A stretch of 63,941 nucleotides of DNA, the filler included, from Octopus bimaculoides (taxonomy: Eukaryota), in NCBI RefSeq assembly GCF_001194135.2. It is 5 parts of 5 records of this genome, joined end to end, with 100 filler letters (N's around TTAATTAATTAA, not from the genome) between each part and the next. Parts side by side here need not be neighbours in the genome. Positions count along the whole stretch, not along the records: positions 1 to 21,103 come from NC_068981.1; positions 21,204 to 31,206 come from NC_069002.1; 3 more parts are not named here. One strand, given 5' to 3'. Positions within the stretch are counted from its first letter, which is position 1. Each line of letters starts with the position of its first letter. The translations under genes were made by a program, and so were the position numbers. Below the pieces are notes generated by a model. It had not been told where the DNA came from and searched no databases. It saw only the letters and a program-made list of their open reading frames with translations. Positions 13,501 to 25,539 of the stretch are shown here, one piece after another.

Positions 13501-14360
13501 GGTCTCCTANNNNNNNNNNNNNNNNNNNNNNNNNNNNNNNNNNNNNNNNNNNNNNNNNNNNNNNNNNNNNNNNNNNNNNNNNNNNNNNNNNNNNNNNNNN
13601 NNNNNNNNNNNNNNNNNNNNNNNNNNNNNNNNNNNNNNNNNNNNNNNNNNNNNNNNNNNNNNNNNNNNNNNNNNNNNNNNNNNNNNNNNNNNNNNNNNNN
13701 NNNNNNNNNNNNNNNNNNNNNNNNNNNNNNNNNNNNNNNNNNNNNNNNNNNNNNNNNNNNNNNNNNNNNNNNNNNNNNNNNNNNNNNNNNNNNNNNNNNN
13801 NNNNNNNNNNNNNNNNNNNNNNNNNNNNNNNNNNNNNNNNNNNNNNNNNNNNNNNNNNNNNNNNNNNNNNNNNNNNNNNNNNNNNNNNNNNNNNNNNNNN
13901 NNNNNNAATGTATATGAATACATTTCGTTACCAATTTAAAGTGCATAAATAAATTTCGGTTTATATATAAAACGCATGTTCTTCAAATCAATCTCTTGTT
14001 ACATTCTGTCAACTCAACTCAGTCCACGATAAGCAATATCCATCTGCTACATATATATAGAAAAAAAAGTACTCTAATCCAAATCACTTTCTCATAAACA
14101 AAAAATAAAATGTTTTTATTTTTAAAAAAATTGCAAACACAGAATCTCTGATATTCGATATGATTTTTGTTTCTTTTTCTTTCAGCGCACTATAAATGTG
14201 TTTTAAAAAATCTAATATTTTTGTCTTATTTTCATATTTTAAGATTAGTTTACAATCTCGAGTGTAATCCGAGTTTAATGTTATAAAGGTATCAGGAGTC
14301 GTAAGTCTTAAAGTTTATTATTTTAGCAAAATTATCGAGGGGTTAATGTGAATAGCGCGG

Positions 14361-14460
14361 GGGTAATTTGAAATCGGTTTCAGGTTACCCTCCTCCCGGT
14401 AATTTGAAATCGATTTCAGATTACCGGGAGATAACTTGAAATAGGGGGATAACTTGAAAT
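14361..14460. repeat. Array of palindromic GGTAATTTGAAAT units (related copy at 6850-6985)
   Basis: 38-bp palindrome at 14393-14430 with 1 mismatch and 30-bp palindrome at 14361-14390 with 3 mismatches. Confidence 0.8.
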
Positions 14461-15384
14461 CTTTACACCAGGGCTATAGTGGAAAACACTTGTCGAAGGT
14501 GCTACAAAGTGGGACGGAACTTGCAACCGTATGGTTGGGAAGTAATCTTATTAGCACACAGCCACGCCTGCGCTCAGATGCATACATACATGCATACATA
14601 CATACATACATACATAGCATGCTTAAATGCTATGTACAAACGGTATTCAGATTGTTTGAATATGTTTCTCAATACATACATACATACATACATACATACA
14701 TGGTGATTACTCCATCTTCACAGACATGCTTCCTCGTCAATTATCTGGGTTAGCAGCGATCTCCCTAAAAAAGAGCTACTCAGTCACTAGAATCTCCACC
14801 GGTGTTGTTCCCTACCACGAGAAGACAACACAACGATCTTAGGATAAGACTCTTGCTGCCAATGTGCAAATTTGTAACTGTGCACTTATAACTAGTTATG
14901 TCTACACACGTCTCTACTCTTCCATCGCCATAAGATTTTCAGTAGATAGAATGACAAATGACATCACCATAAAGAGACATCTGTATGTCAGTGGATTATA
15001 GTGACAAACGTTTGTACAACATGAGTATCCTTTGCTGAGTCTCATTGATCAATACCTAAGAGAGATGACCAGCAATTACGTGAAAACGCAAGTTTTAGAT
15101 CAGAGTCTCTCTCTCTCTCCTAGAAGAATGTTGTAGTTGTGACAACAGTTGGGGGTTTCTCATTCTCAGTAGTTTTAGTATTGCCCGTCAGAGTAGACCT
15201 GAGCACAATGATAGCCAAGAAGTGATTCTACAGTTCTGAAAATTTTGAAACTCTCGAAACGAGACCCCATAATCGGATGCAGTTTAAAGTTATACCCAGG
15301 ACATAAGTACATACATACATACATACATACATACATACATACATACATACATACATACATACATACATACATGCATACATACAT

Positions 15385-15623
15385 ACCAATCTTGAGAAAT
15401 TAGGCTTCTCAAAACCAGAAAGGAGAAAGCTAATTCGAAAGCTACAGATCCAGTTCATCACTGGAACTGTAAAAATCTGTAAAACTTTCCAGAAGTTTAT
15501 CATTTAAATATATATATGAGCATGTCTAGATATGCAACTATATGTACGAGAATGCATACATGAAGCAAAGCATACAAATTTGCACATATACCTACGTACA
15601 TACATACATACATACATACATAC
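15385..15623 (+). mobile_element. LINE 3' end (probably RLE-type) flanked by (TACA)n
   Basis: ORF end TNLEKLGFSKPERRKLIRKLQIQFITGTVKICKTFQKFII* (stop 15505-07), short UTR, (TACA)n on both sides; clade assignment from memory of similar C-termini. Confidence 0.55.
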
Positions 15624-16441
15624 AAAAATACCTTGTTGTTGATGTTGAAATTCCAATGAAGACGCTTTGAATCTAGGTTAGAAACGGCTCTTTCTCTATT
15701 AGTAAGAAATCTTGTAATAAAACTGAGCAATGACATACATAAATACAAATACATATACATACGCACATACATACAGATATGTATGTGTATGTCTTGTCTG
15801 TCTGTGTATCGCATGTATGTATTTGTGTATGTGCGCGTATGTATATGTGTGTGTATGTATATGTGTGCGCGTGCGTATGTGTGTATGTTTTATTCTAACG
15901 CCAATGTGTGATAGTCCTATTGGAGAAAATCAACTCCAACAGTTATATACATTTGTTTTTAAATCATTTCGATGATAAATTTTCTTTATTTTATTAATGC
16001 TTTAAAATAGCATCAGTTTACATTATACATTATGCATATTTTGAAGAACTAAATTAGTATTTCGTATGATAATAGCAATGATGACCTTAACATATACAGC
16101 GCTCAGGTGCATTACAACTCATCGAAGAAGGGTAAAAGAGAAAACAGAAAGCAACAATAAGTCAAGGAAGAAAAGACAGCAATGGCAACCAAAAGTGCAT
16201 GTACATTACATAGAATAAAGCACAAAACAACAGAAAATAATCCTAAAAAGGAGAGGATGCATAAGCATTTCTGATGTAGTGTTGGCGACTTTCGGAAAGC
16301 ATGGTTTATGATCTGTAAGATTGTTTAATTGATTGAAAGGATGCAATCAAGACAATGGATGTTGAAAGAAGGAAATAGGATCAATTGGGAATAGTTGCGA
16401 CTTTTTTACGTGTATTGGGTAGAAAGGAATGTTCAAAAGGT

Positions 16442-17480
16442 CAGGAGTGGCTTTGTGGTAAGTAGCTTGCTTTCCAACCACATGGTTCCGGGTTCGGTCC
16501 CACTGCGTGGCATCTTGGGCAAGTGTCTTCTACTATAGCCTCGGGCCGACCAAAGCTTTGTGAGTGGATTTGGTAGACGGAAACTAAAAGAAGCCCATTG
16601 TANNNNNNNNNNNNNNNNNNNNNNNNNNNNNNNNNNNNNNNNNNNNNNNNNNNNNNNNNNNNNNNNNNNNNNNNNNNNNNNNNNNNNNNNNNNNNNNNNN
16701 NNNNNNNNNNNNNNNNNNNNNNNNNNNNNNNNNNNNNNNNNNNNNNNNNNNNNNNNNNNNNNNNNNNNNNNNNNNNNNNNNNNNNNNNNNNNNNNNNNNN
16801 NNNNNNNNNNNNNNNNNNNNNNNNNNNNNNNNNNNNNNNNNNTATATATATATATATATGTGTGTGTGTTTGTGTGTCTGTATTTGTCCCCCTAGCATTG
16901 CTTGACAACCGATGCTGGTGTGCTTATGTCCCCATCACTTAGCGGTTCGGCAAAAGGGAACGATAGAATAAGTACTGGGCTTACAAAGAATAAGTCCCGG
17001 GGTCGATTTGCTCGACTAAAGGCGGTGCTCCAGCATGGCCACAGTCAAATGACTGAAACAAGTAAAAGAGTAAAGAGTAAGAGTAAAGAGTACCGGTGTG
17101 GCTGTGAGACAAGAAGTTTGCTTCTCAGCTACATGGTTCCAGATTCAGTACCACTGCGTGCTAACGTGAGTAAGTGTCTTCTGCTATTGCCCCGGGCCGG
17201 CCAAAGCCTCCTGAGTGGATTTGGTGGACTAAAAAGGAAAGCAGCTTGTCGTATTTATGTGTGTGTCTTTTTGTTTATGTTTTTTCCCCATCACTGCTTG
17301 ACAAGCGGTGTTGGTTTGTTTATGCTCCCGTAAATTACCAGTTCAGCAAGAGAGACTGAGTGAATAAGTACCAGGTTTAAAACAAAAATAGATAAGTACT
17401 GGGGTCAATTTGTTCGATTAAACCCTTCGAGTTTGTGTTCCAATATGGCCGCAGTTCAATAAATGAAACAAATAGAAGAT
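16442..17480 (+). mobile_element. Two tandem tRNA-derived SINEs, family A (head GGAGTGGCTGTGTGGTAAG, internal microsatellite)
   Basis: Pol III A/B boxes (TGGCTGTGTGG, GGTTCRGTCCC), core CTTGGGCAAGTGTCTTCTACTATAGCC, tail ATGACTGAAACAAGTAAAAGAG. Confidence 0.88.
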
Positions 17481-18555
17481 AAACGATTGACAAAACTAAA
17501 AGTGGTTTGCCCTCATAATAAAATTTTGCAAAAATCATAAAACATTGAGTTCATGCGCCCCGCGGGAATGCAGTTTAGGTCTTGTCTAANNNNNNNNNNN
17601 NNNNNNNNNNNNNNNNNNNNNNNNNNNNNNNNNNNNNNNNNNNNNNNNNNNNNNNNNNNNNNNNNNNNNNNNNNNNNNNNNNNNNNNNNNNNNNNNNNNN
17701 NNNNNNNNNNNNNNNNNNNNNNNNNNNNNNNNNNNNNNNNNNNNNNNNNNNNNNNNNNNNNNNNNNNNNNNNNNNNNNNNNNNNNNNNNNNNNNNNNNNN
17801 NNNNNNNNNNNNNNNNNNNNNNNNNNNNNNNNNNNNNNNNNNNNNNNNNNNNNNNNNNNNNNNNNNNNNNNNNNNNNNNNNNNNNNNNNNNNNNNNNNNN
17901 NNNNNNNNNNNNNNNNNNNNNNNNNNNNNNNNNNNNNNNNNNNNNNNNNNNNNNNNNNNNNNNNNNNNNNNNNNNNNNNNNNNNNNNNNNNNNNNNNNNN
18001 NNNNNNNNNNNNNNNNNNNNNNNNNNNNNNNNNNNNNNNNNNNNNNNNNNNNNNNNNNNNNNNNNNNNNNNNNNNNNNNNNNNNNNNNNNNNNNNNNNNN
18101 NNNNNNNNNNNNNNNNNNNNNNNNNNNNNNNNNNNNGTACACTGCTGCTATATTTCAACTATGTATGTACATATGCATGTGTCAAAACAGCTGACTGCAA
18201 AAGTCTAGTAATTTTTAATTCCATGTTACGCGTATTTCATTACATGATAGGAAATTTGAGAGGTATGCATGTATACCTTTGTATACCTTTATAATTCATA
18301 TCCTGTGATGAAACATGTGTAATGTGGAATTTAAAATATACCAAATTTTTTAGTCTACTGTTTTGATATGTAATTGCTCTGTAAATAGAATTCGCCAGAA
18401 ATATCAAATGCTATATATATTTCATTTAAAATAAAACATCGATATGCATGCATTTGATTAATATTTACATGAAAATGTGCCTCACGAGGACACAGTTTGG
18501 ATTATAAACTTTTATATACATATGTGCGTGCGTATCTATATATTTGTGTGCATCG

Positions 18556-18587
<32 letters not shown>

Positions 18588-18769
18588 TGTGTATAAATAT
18601 GTATGGATGTATGTATAAGTATGTACGTATAAGTATATATAAGTATGTATGTATGCATGTATGTGTATGTGTAAGTATGTTGCATACATGATGTACGATG
18701 TATGTAGGTACTACGTACGTATGAATTGATGTACATCGATACTCGTTTATATTGTTTGACACCATTTCC

Positions 18770-19150
18770 TAGGGAATCGATTCCACCCTGTTCGCACTGA
18801 CATTAAACCATGCCTCCACATCATCAAAAGAATTTAATTATTGATAGGAAGTGATATGGACAGCTAACTTTGTAGCTTGCGGATTTTGCTATCAATGTGG
18901 ATACCTTATTCATAATCTTCATACAGATTACATCGACTTAGTTTCACATACAACTGAAGATATGCAAATTCTCATGGATTGTGTTTCTGCATTATTTTAG
19001 GCATTCGGACTCAGCATTAGCCTTGACATTACTGTTGAAATTTTCCATCTTGGACAAAGGAAAACATACGTGAAACCACCTATCATAGTTGAAGGAATGG
19101 AACTGAAATTAGTAGACAAGTTAGACTATCTGGGTAGCACACTTGGCATT
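18770..19150 (+). mobile_element. RTE/BovB-like RT fragment
   Basis: PTLFALTL...TDYIDLVSHTTEDMQILMD...AFGLSISL...LKLVDKLDYLGSTL. Confidence 0.75.
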
Positions 19151-19246
19151 CAGGACTTTTGAATCTCCAGCATGGTGTTGCTGCGACAGACGCACCTATG
19201 TATTGACTGCCTTTCTTAACTCATGTGAGACATAGGTCTGCTACAG

Positions 19247-19871
19247 GAGGGGCTCTCCAACCACCGAACTGCAGACCAGTACGGGGCCGTGAATCGTTTG
19301 GTACCGGGCTGCACAGAAAGAATATTTTTCTAATTTTTGGTAGAGTAGGTTCATCAAACCAGTATGATCGCGAGCTCAGATTCACAGCCTCTTTATCGGA
19401 TGGTAGTTGGTAGAGAGAACATGCCAGGACCTTCGTCCTGCAGTAGACTAAATATGAGCAATCCAATCCAATATATGTAATACATGTGTGCGTGCGTGTG
19501 TGTGTGTGTACTTTTCTGTTTTTAATTATAATGAAGAATTTTTATTTAAATCCTTCCTTTAAAGAAGGAGCTGGTTTTTAACAAAGATACAAAGCTCCGT
19601 CGTTGGAATGGAGATAATGAAAACAATGTCACATTTTAAACTTGCAAAAAGTCTTGCATAGTTTTACTTTTCCACTTACAGATTGTTTGTATGTATGTAT
19701 GTATGTATGTATGTATGTATGCATGCATGTATGTATTATATAATAAACAAACTGTATACTTTACACTGTATACTTTACACTGTGCTTTGTAATGTGTGTG
19801 ATCCCCCGGTCCGTCGAAAAATTGTCTTGTATGAAATCAGTCTGTAGTACAAAAACGGTTGCAGACTACTG
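19247..19871. mobile_element. hAT-Charlie (MER1-like) non-autonomous element, decayed
   Basis: Left end GAGGGGCTCTCCAACC...GTACCGGGCTGCACAG and right end CGGTCCGTCGAAAAATTGTCTT...AAAAACGGTTGCAGACTACTG; degenerate 8-bp TSD TGCTACAG/TTTTACAG. Confidence 0.65.
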
Positions 19872-20679
19872 TTTTACAGCTTGATGTAAACCTTTTTGAG
19901 CGCTTTTATGAGAGATGTCTATGGCATTCTGAATACTAGTTGATCTTTGCAGTCTCTAGAGACAGGTATCTTGATAAGAGCCGAAATCTTGAGCATTGAC
20001 ACACGAGTACACAATCACTGTTTATCAGTGATTCTTGAAGTGTACACCTTATACGAATGAATTACCAGATTTCGTAGTGTAATGAGCTTGCATGCTGAAT
20101 GTGTGGCCTCAGTACAAACTAAGTTTATTCCATCAGGAGCTCTCGATTCCTGGTGTGATCTTAGGGGTACCATCATGAAGAATGGTACGTATTGGACATC
20201 TAAATCTCATCATAGCCGATTTCTAACAGAGAGAAAGATCTAATAGCACCGGTATTTTATTTATCGATCCGGAAAGAATGAAAGGCAAAGTTGACCTTCG
20301 ACAGAATTTGGATTCAGAGCTGTGATGCTCCCACAATACTCCTGCTCATGATCAGAGATGCACATATTGTCAGCCACTAAGAGACATGCTCAAGTGCATA
20401 AGGTCAAGTAACTTACAATCAAATCTGCGGTATTGAGCAGAATATTTGCTAAAATAATATTTCTGTTTCAGCAACTCGGTACTGAATCTATCTGAAATGT
20501 GATGGAAAATAGATCAGTTTCAAAATATTGATCTCCAAATCACAAAAGCAAAGTTTGAAGGGAATAGTAGTCATTTCCTTTGATTTCTAAATCGAAGTAA
20601 ATTGGAAATAACATTTACTGACCAAAGACAAAAAAATTAAAATTTTGTTACACAGTTATGTTGTAATAGTTTGAGCTGA

Positions 20680-20900
20680 TATATCTTTTGTCCTTTAGTT
20701 GTTTCAATCATTGGATTGCAGCCATGCTGAGGACACCACCTTGAATGGGTTACGGACAAATCACCCCCAGTACTTGTTTTCAAGTCTGGTACATATTCTA
20801 TCGGTCCGTTTTGCTGAACTGCTGCTTTACTGAGACATAAACAAAACAACTCCAGTTGTCAAGCGGTGGGAGGAGAGACAAACGCAAACACAAAGACTTA
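20680..20900 (-). mobile_element. SINE A 3' half, decayed
   Basis: Matches the family A tail. Confidence 0.7.
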
Positions 20901-21103
20901 TACACATCGATATATAGATACATGCATATATATATATATAGATAGATGAACGTATATACATACATGTACATATATATGCATATACTCATATATTGTTTGT
21001 ATCACGACAGAACGCACGCGTTACCTTTATACAGTAAGTTTTAACTATTTTTCTAACGCGACTCTCTCTATTTCTGTCTCCCCCTCTACTGTTCTTCGCC
21101 TCT

Positions 21104-21203
21104 NNNNNNNNNNNNNNNNNNNNNNNNNNNNNNNNNNNNNNNNNNNNTTAATTAATTAANNNNNNNNNNNNNNNNNNNNNNNNNNNNNNNNNNNNNNNNN
21201 NNN
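21104..21203. other. Artificial 100-bp scaffold linker
   Basis: N44-TTAATTAATTAA-N44. Confidence 0.95.
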
Positions 21204-21247
<44 letters not shown>

Positions 21248-21282
21248 TATATATATGTACATGTATATGTGTATTTGTGTCT

Positions 21283-21510
21283 AAGGAAGCAGGGCAGATG
21301 CTAAAAATTACAGGCCTATCTCTGTAACCTCGCATGTTAGCAAGGTCATTGGAATGCATTGTCAGGCAGAGGCTGATCACGTTCCTGGAAGAACATAACT
21401 TGACAAACACACAACATGGCTCCTTTCCAAACAAGAGCTGCCTCACACTGCTACTACAGCATTATGACTGAGTACTGAAGCACCAACTCAACCATTCAAA
21501 TGTGAATGTG
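21283..21510 (+). mobile_element. CR1-type RT fragment
   Basis: ADAKNYRPISVTSHVSKV...FLEEHNLTNTQHGSFPNKSCLT. Confidence 0.75.
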
Positions 21511-21680
21511 ATGCCATCACCTTCCCTGCAGATGAAATGATCTTGGCCTTCTTTGGACCTGGTGAGGAAGGGGTGTTTCCACTGCAGGGTTTATCCTTTT
21601 GTCTCTGGCTCAAAGCATTGAATCTAACATTCATCCTAGGTTTATAAACTAAGCCTGAGTTACACAGCCAGGTGGGCATG
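21510..21680 (-). mobile_element. Mariner transposase fragment
   Basis: DEC*IQCFEPETK...QWKHP/SSPGPKKAKIISSAGKVMAS. Confidence 0.8.
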
Positions 21681-21848
21681 GCTGTGCAATTAAGAAATAT
21701 AAGGTAATGAATATTTTAGTAAATATATGAATTAGTGTATTAATTAATGAGGTATAATTTTCCTTCATCGTATTGCTGTATATTTCAGAATCCAAAACCA
21801 TCCTGACAACAATACCAATGTACTGCTATGTCGACACGTTAAGTCAAT

Positions 21849-23083
21849 ATGACAATCATGGAAAACTTGAAACAATCTCAGTCACAAACAGATATTTCTG
21901 TATCAACATCTACACCAAAGTGTGCTCGTCCCAAGAAGAAAGGAGCACTGAGCAAATTAGTTGAGAAGAAGCGAAGAGACTCTCTCTCTGAGGTCAGTAG
22001 TGATGCTGTCTCAGTTCAGTCACTGAGAGACGACCTGATGATTCAGCAGCTTCCCAGTACGATATCATCGGTTAGAAACTCATCAAGCATGATAGAAGTT
22101 GAACCGTTGCAAGTAAATTGCATGCAACAGTTTCAGGAAGAAATTCGTGAACAGGTTCAGTTTAGGAATGGAATCCTTGCCCAAGACTCCTCTGCTGATG
22201 ACATTTCTCAGAAATTTCAGAACTCAGTATCGACAATGGATACAGCAAATGCTGAGTCAATGCATGCCACGAAGGCCTCTAAAAGTTCTACTTTTGTACC
22301 ACAGCCAAATAATACGGGTAATACACTGACGAGGACAAGCAGTGATTCGCTACTTCCAAAACAGACCGAGAGGTATGTATCCGACAAAAATTCGCATCCT
22401 TTCAGGCATTTTAAAGTTGCCACTGAAGACAGCAGGTCGTTGAAGTCTGCAAGATCGTCTCCCTTTCAACCGAAACCCCCTGTTACCCCCCGGAGGAGCC
22501 CGTCTTTGTCTTCTGTCAAACAAGAAAACGATTCTAATTCCCTACCTTACGAACACAAAATACAACGACAACAACAAGAGGAAGTACAACGACAACAGCA
22601 AGAACTACAACTACAGCTGCAGGAACAGCAACAACAACAACAGCAGCAACAGCAGCAGCAAATACAGAAAGAGATTTTACAGCAACCGCCAAACAAAGGA
22701 GAGAACATCAAACTGCCATACCTGTCAAACAAAGAAAACAGTGATGAGCTCATTAATCAATCTGAACTGACTTATCCTAAAAAGCTGACTCTGTCCCCGG
22801 AATTACGTCACATACCGAGTTGGCAGTTTGACTACGACAGCTCAGATTTCTCGTCCACCAACAGCAGAATCAACGACTCGCCTTCATGCTCAATGATAAA
22901 CACTAATTTCCGGAGACTCTCTCCTCTCTCTAGTCCCATCATGGCTTCGCCTTACACTCGGAACAGTTCTCTACGCGGCACCTTCAAGTCAGAGCCCACG
23001 TTTAACGTGTCGCCGAGCGTATTATCCACTTTCTCGTCGACCTCAGCATTGCCAGCTATCACAATTGAAAAAGCGAGATCAAG
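21849..23083 (+). CDS. INPP5E: INPP5E first visible coding exon: about 411 aa low-complexity N-terminus (Ser/Gln/Pro-rich)
   Basis: 412-aa ORF; in-frame TAA just upstream (21840); acceptor-like TATTTCAG ending at 21788 suggests 5' UTR from 21789; donor AG|GTAAT at 23083/84 is phase 2 and matches the next exon. No sequence homology recognised within this exon itself, so the assignment rests on splicing. Confidence 0.8.
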
Positions 23084-23148
23084 GTAATAAAAATGATTTT
23101 CTTTTCGTATTTTTGGGTTTAAAAATTAAAACAAAAATAAAAACAAAC

Positions 23149-23364
23149 AGGAGTGCCTGTGTGGTAAGTAGCTTGCTCACCAACCACATGGTTCCGGGTT
23201 CAGTCCCACTGTATGGCACCTTGGGCAAGTGTCTTCTACTGAAGCCTCAGGCCGACCAAAGCCTTGTGAGTGGATTAGGTAGACGGAAACTGAAAGAAGC
23301 CTGTCATATATATGTATGTATATATATGTATGTGTGTGTAAATGTTTGTGTGTCTGTGTCTGTC
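23149..23364 (+). mobile_element. SINE A 5' half (cut by gap)
   Basis: Head and core match family A. Confidence 0.85.
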
Positions 23365-23701
23365 NNNNNNNNNNNNNNNNNNNNNNNNNNNNNNNNNNNN
23401 NNNNNNNNNNNNNNNNNNNNNNNNNNNNNNNNNNNNNNNNNNNNNNNNNNNNNNNNNNNNNNNNNNNNNNNNNNNNNNNNNNNNNNNNNNNNNNNNNNNN
23501 NNNNNNNNNNNNNNNNNNNNNNNNNNNNNNNNNNNNNNNNNNNNNNNNNNNNNNNNNNNNNNNNNNNNNNNNNNNNNNNNNNNNNNNNNNNNNNNNNNNN
23601 NNNNNNNNNNNNNNNNNNNNNNNNNNNNNNNNNNNNNNNNNNNNNNNNNNNNNNNNNNNNNNNNNNNNNNNNNNNNNNNNNNTATTATTATTATTATTAT
23701 T

Positions 23702-24060
23702 AAGGTAGCAAGCTGGCAGAATAATTAGCATGTCGGGCAAAATGCTTTGCGGTATTTCGTCTGTCTTTACATTCTAAGTTCAAATTCCGCCGAGGTCGAC
23801 TTTGTCTTTCAGCTTTTCAGGGTCGATAAAATAAGTACCAGTTATGCACTGGGGTCGATGTCATTGACTTACCCCACTTCCCCCCAAATTTCAGGTCTTG
23901 TGCCTTCAGTAGAAAGAATTATTATCATTAAGGAAGTAAGCTGGCAGAATCATTAGCATGCTTAGTGATATTTCTTCTGTCTTTATGTTCTGAGTTCAAA
24001 TTCTGCTGAGGTCAGCTTTGCCTTTCATTCTGTTGGGGTTGATAAATAAAGTACCAGTCA
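23702..24060 (+). mobile_element. Two tandem SINE B copies
   Basis: Second head starts in the ATT tail of the first. Confidence 0.85.
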
Positions 24061-24483
24061 AGTGCTGGACAAAACCTGGATTTAAAACACTGGATGATGA
24101 TGATGAAATTATATTTTTTAAAAGCTGCAGCAAACTGTTTTAGAATCACAAGTCTGTGCAGTCCTTTGATCTGCTAGAAATAACAGCTGAATCTCTATAG
24201 TGTCAGACACACACATGCACATATATATATGAACTTTTTTCGGTTTCTGTCTACCAAATTCACTCACAGGGCTTTGGTTGGCTTGAGGCTATAGTAGAAG
24301 ACACTTGCCCAAGGTGCCATGCAGTGGGACTGAACCAGGAACCATGTGGTTAAGAAGCAAGCTTCTTTCTACACAGCCATTCATGTGCCAATTACTTTGG
24401 GGGGGGGGGGGAAAGTATGTTCTCAGTCAAATTTTTCATTATTTAAATTTTGATTAAAATTTCCTTATTTTTCTTTCTCGAAG

Positions 24484-24607
24484 GAGTTTTCTCTTTGGAA
24501 ACATAAACTCTGGAACTTCTTTGCTTGGTAATGAAGAACTTCAGCGCTACTTCCCTAATCGTAAAGTGAAGATTTTCATCGGTTCGTGGAACATGGGGGA
24601 ATCTAAA
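24484..24607 (+). CDS. INPP5E: INPP5E exon 2 (RSFLFGNINSGTSLLGNEELQRYFPNRKVKIFIGSWNMGESK)
   Basis: AG acceptor and GTAAGT donor; matches human INPP5E segment RSYLEG...[25 protein letters not shown] including the catalytic-domain WN motif. Confidence 0.95.
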
Positions 24608-24691
24608 GTAAGTTTGAGAATTGCGGTAAAACTTCTTTGATGTCTTGAAATTCCATTGCTACATGTAGCAGTGGAGTTGCTTTTGTCGTTG

Positions 24692-24722
<31 letters not shown>

Positions 24723-25202
24723 ATGTAATGGGCTCAGCAGTGGTTGTGGTGTTGGTCATGGCAATGGTGATGATGGTGGTGGTGGTGGTGATTGTGATGG
24801 TGACAACAGTAGTCTCTGTTGCGGTGGTGGTGGTGGTTTTTGTGATAGTGGTTGGGGTGGAGGCACATGGTTTAGTAGTTAGGGTATTGCACTAGTAAGA
24901 TGGCGGTTTCGATTCCAGGACTGGTGCAGGTTACAGCTGTGGACTCACTTTATTTGCCGGGTCTTCTCAGTCACAGCATACCTCCTGAGGTCTCGGTCTT
25001 TTGTCTTTGTCTCTGTGAGGCCCAACGTTCGAAGGTCTAGCTCCCCCTCCCCCCAGCTTGACCACCACAATTGCTAGCCTTGTGCCAAAATTTGAATTCA
25101 ATATTTAACTATTGCTGTTTGAGGATATCGTTTTTCTACCATTATCATCAATAAGAATTATCTTTCAGTATTAATTAATAACGAGCTATTACTCTGTTTC
25201 AG

Positions 25203-25303
25203 GATATTACAACCCGTAATTTAGAAGATTTCATTTTACCAGAATCCTGTGAATTGGTCCAAGATATATATGTTATTGGAACACAAGAAAATGCTCTCAA
25301 TAA
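25203..25303 (+). CDS. INPP5E: INPP5E exon 3 (DITTRNLEDFILPESCELVQDIYVIGTQENALN)
   Basis: TTTCAG acceptor and GTAAGT donor; QDIYVIGTQE matches the 5-phosphatase DxYxIGxQE motif. Confidence 0.95.
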
Positions 25304-25539
25304 GTAAGTTGGTTATACAAAAGAAAAAAAAATCTTTTTGATGTAGTTTGGATTTGTTCTATTCTGCGATAAAATAAAAATATTAACAGGTAGGAAGCTG
25401 TGCTTTGCAACCACATGGTTCTGGGTTCAAATACCACTGCATGGCACCTTAGGCAAGTGCCTTGGGCTGACCAAATTCTTGTGAGTAGATTTGGTTGATA
25501 GAAGACTATTATATATATGTATATCATCATCACCAAATG

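Noticed and set aside
21148-21159. TTAATTAATTAA palindrome recurring four times
   Set aside because: Artificial linker with exactly 44 N on each side; not biological
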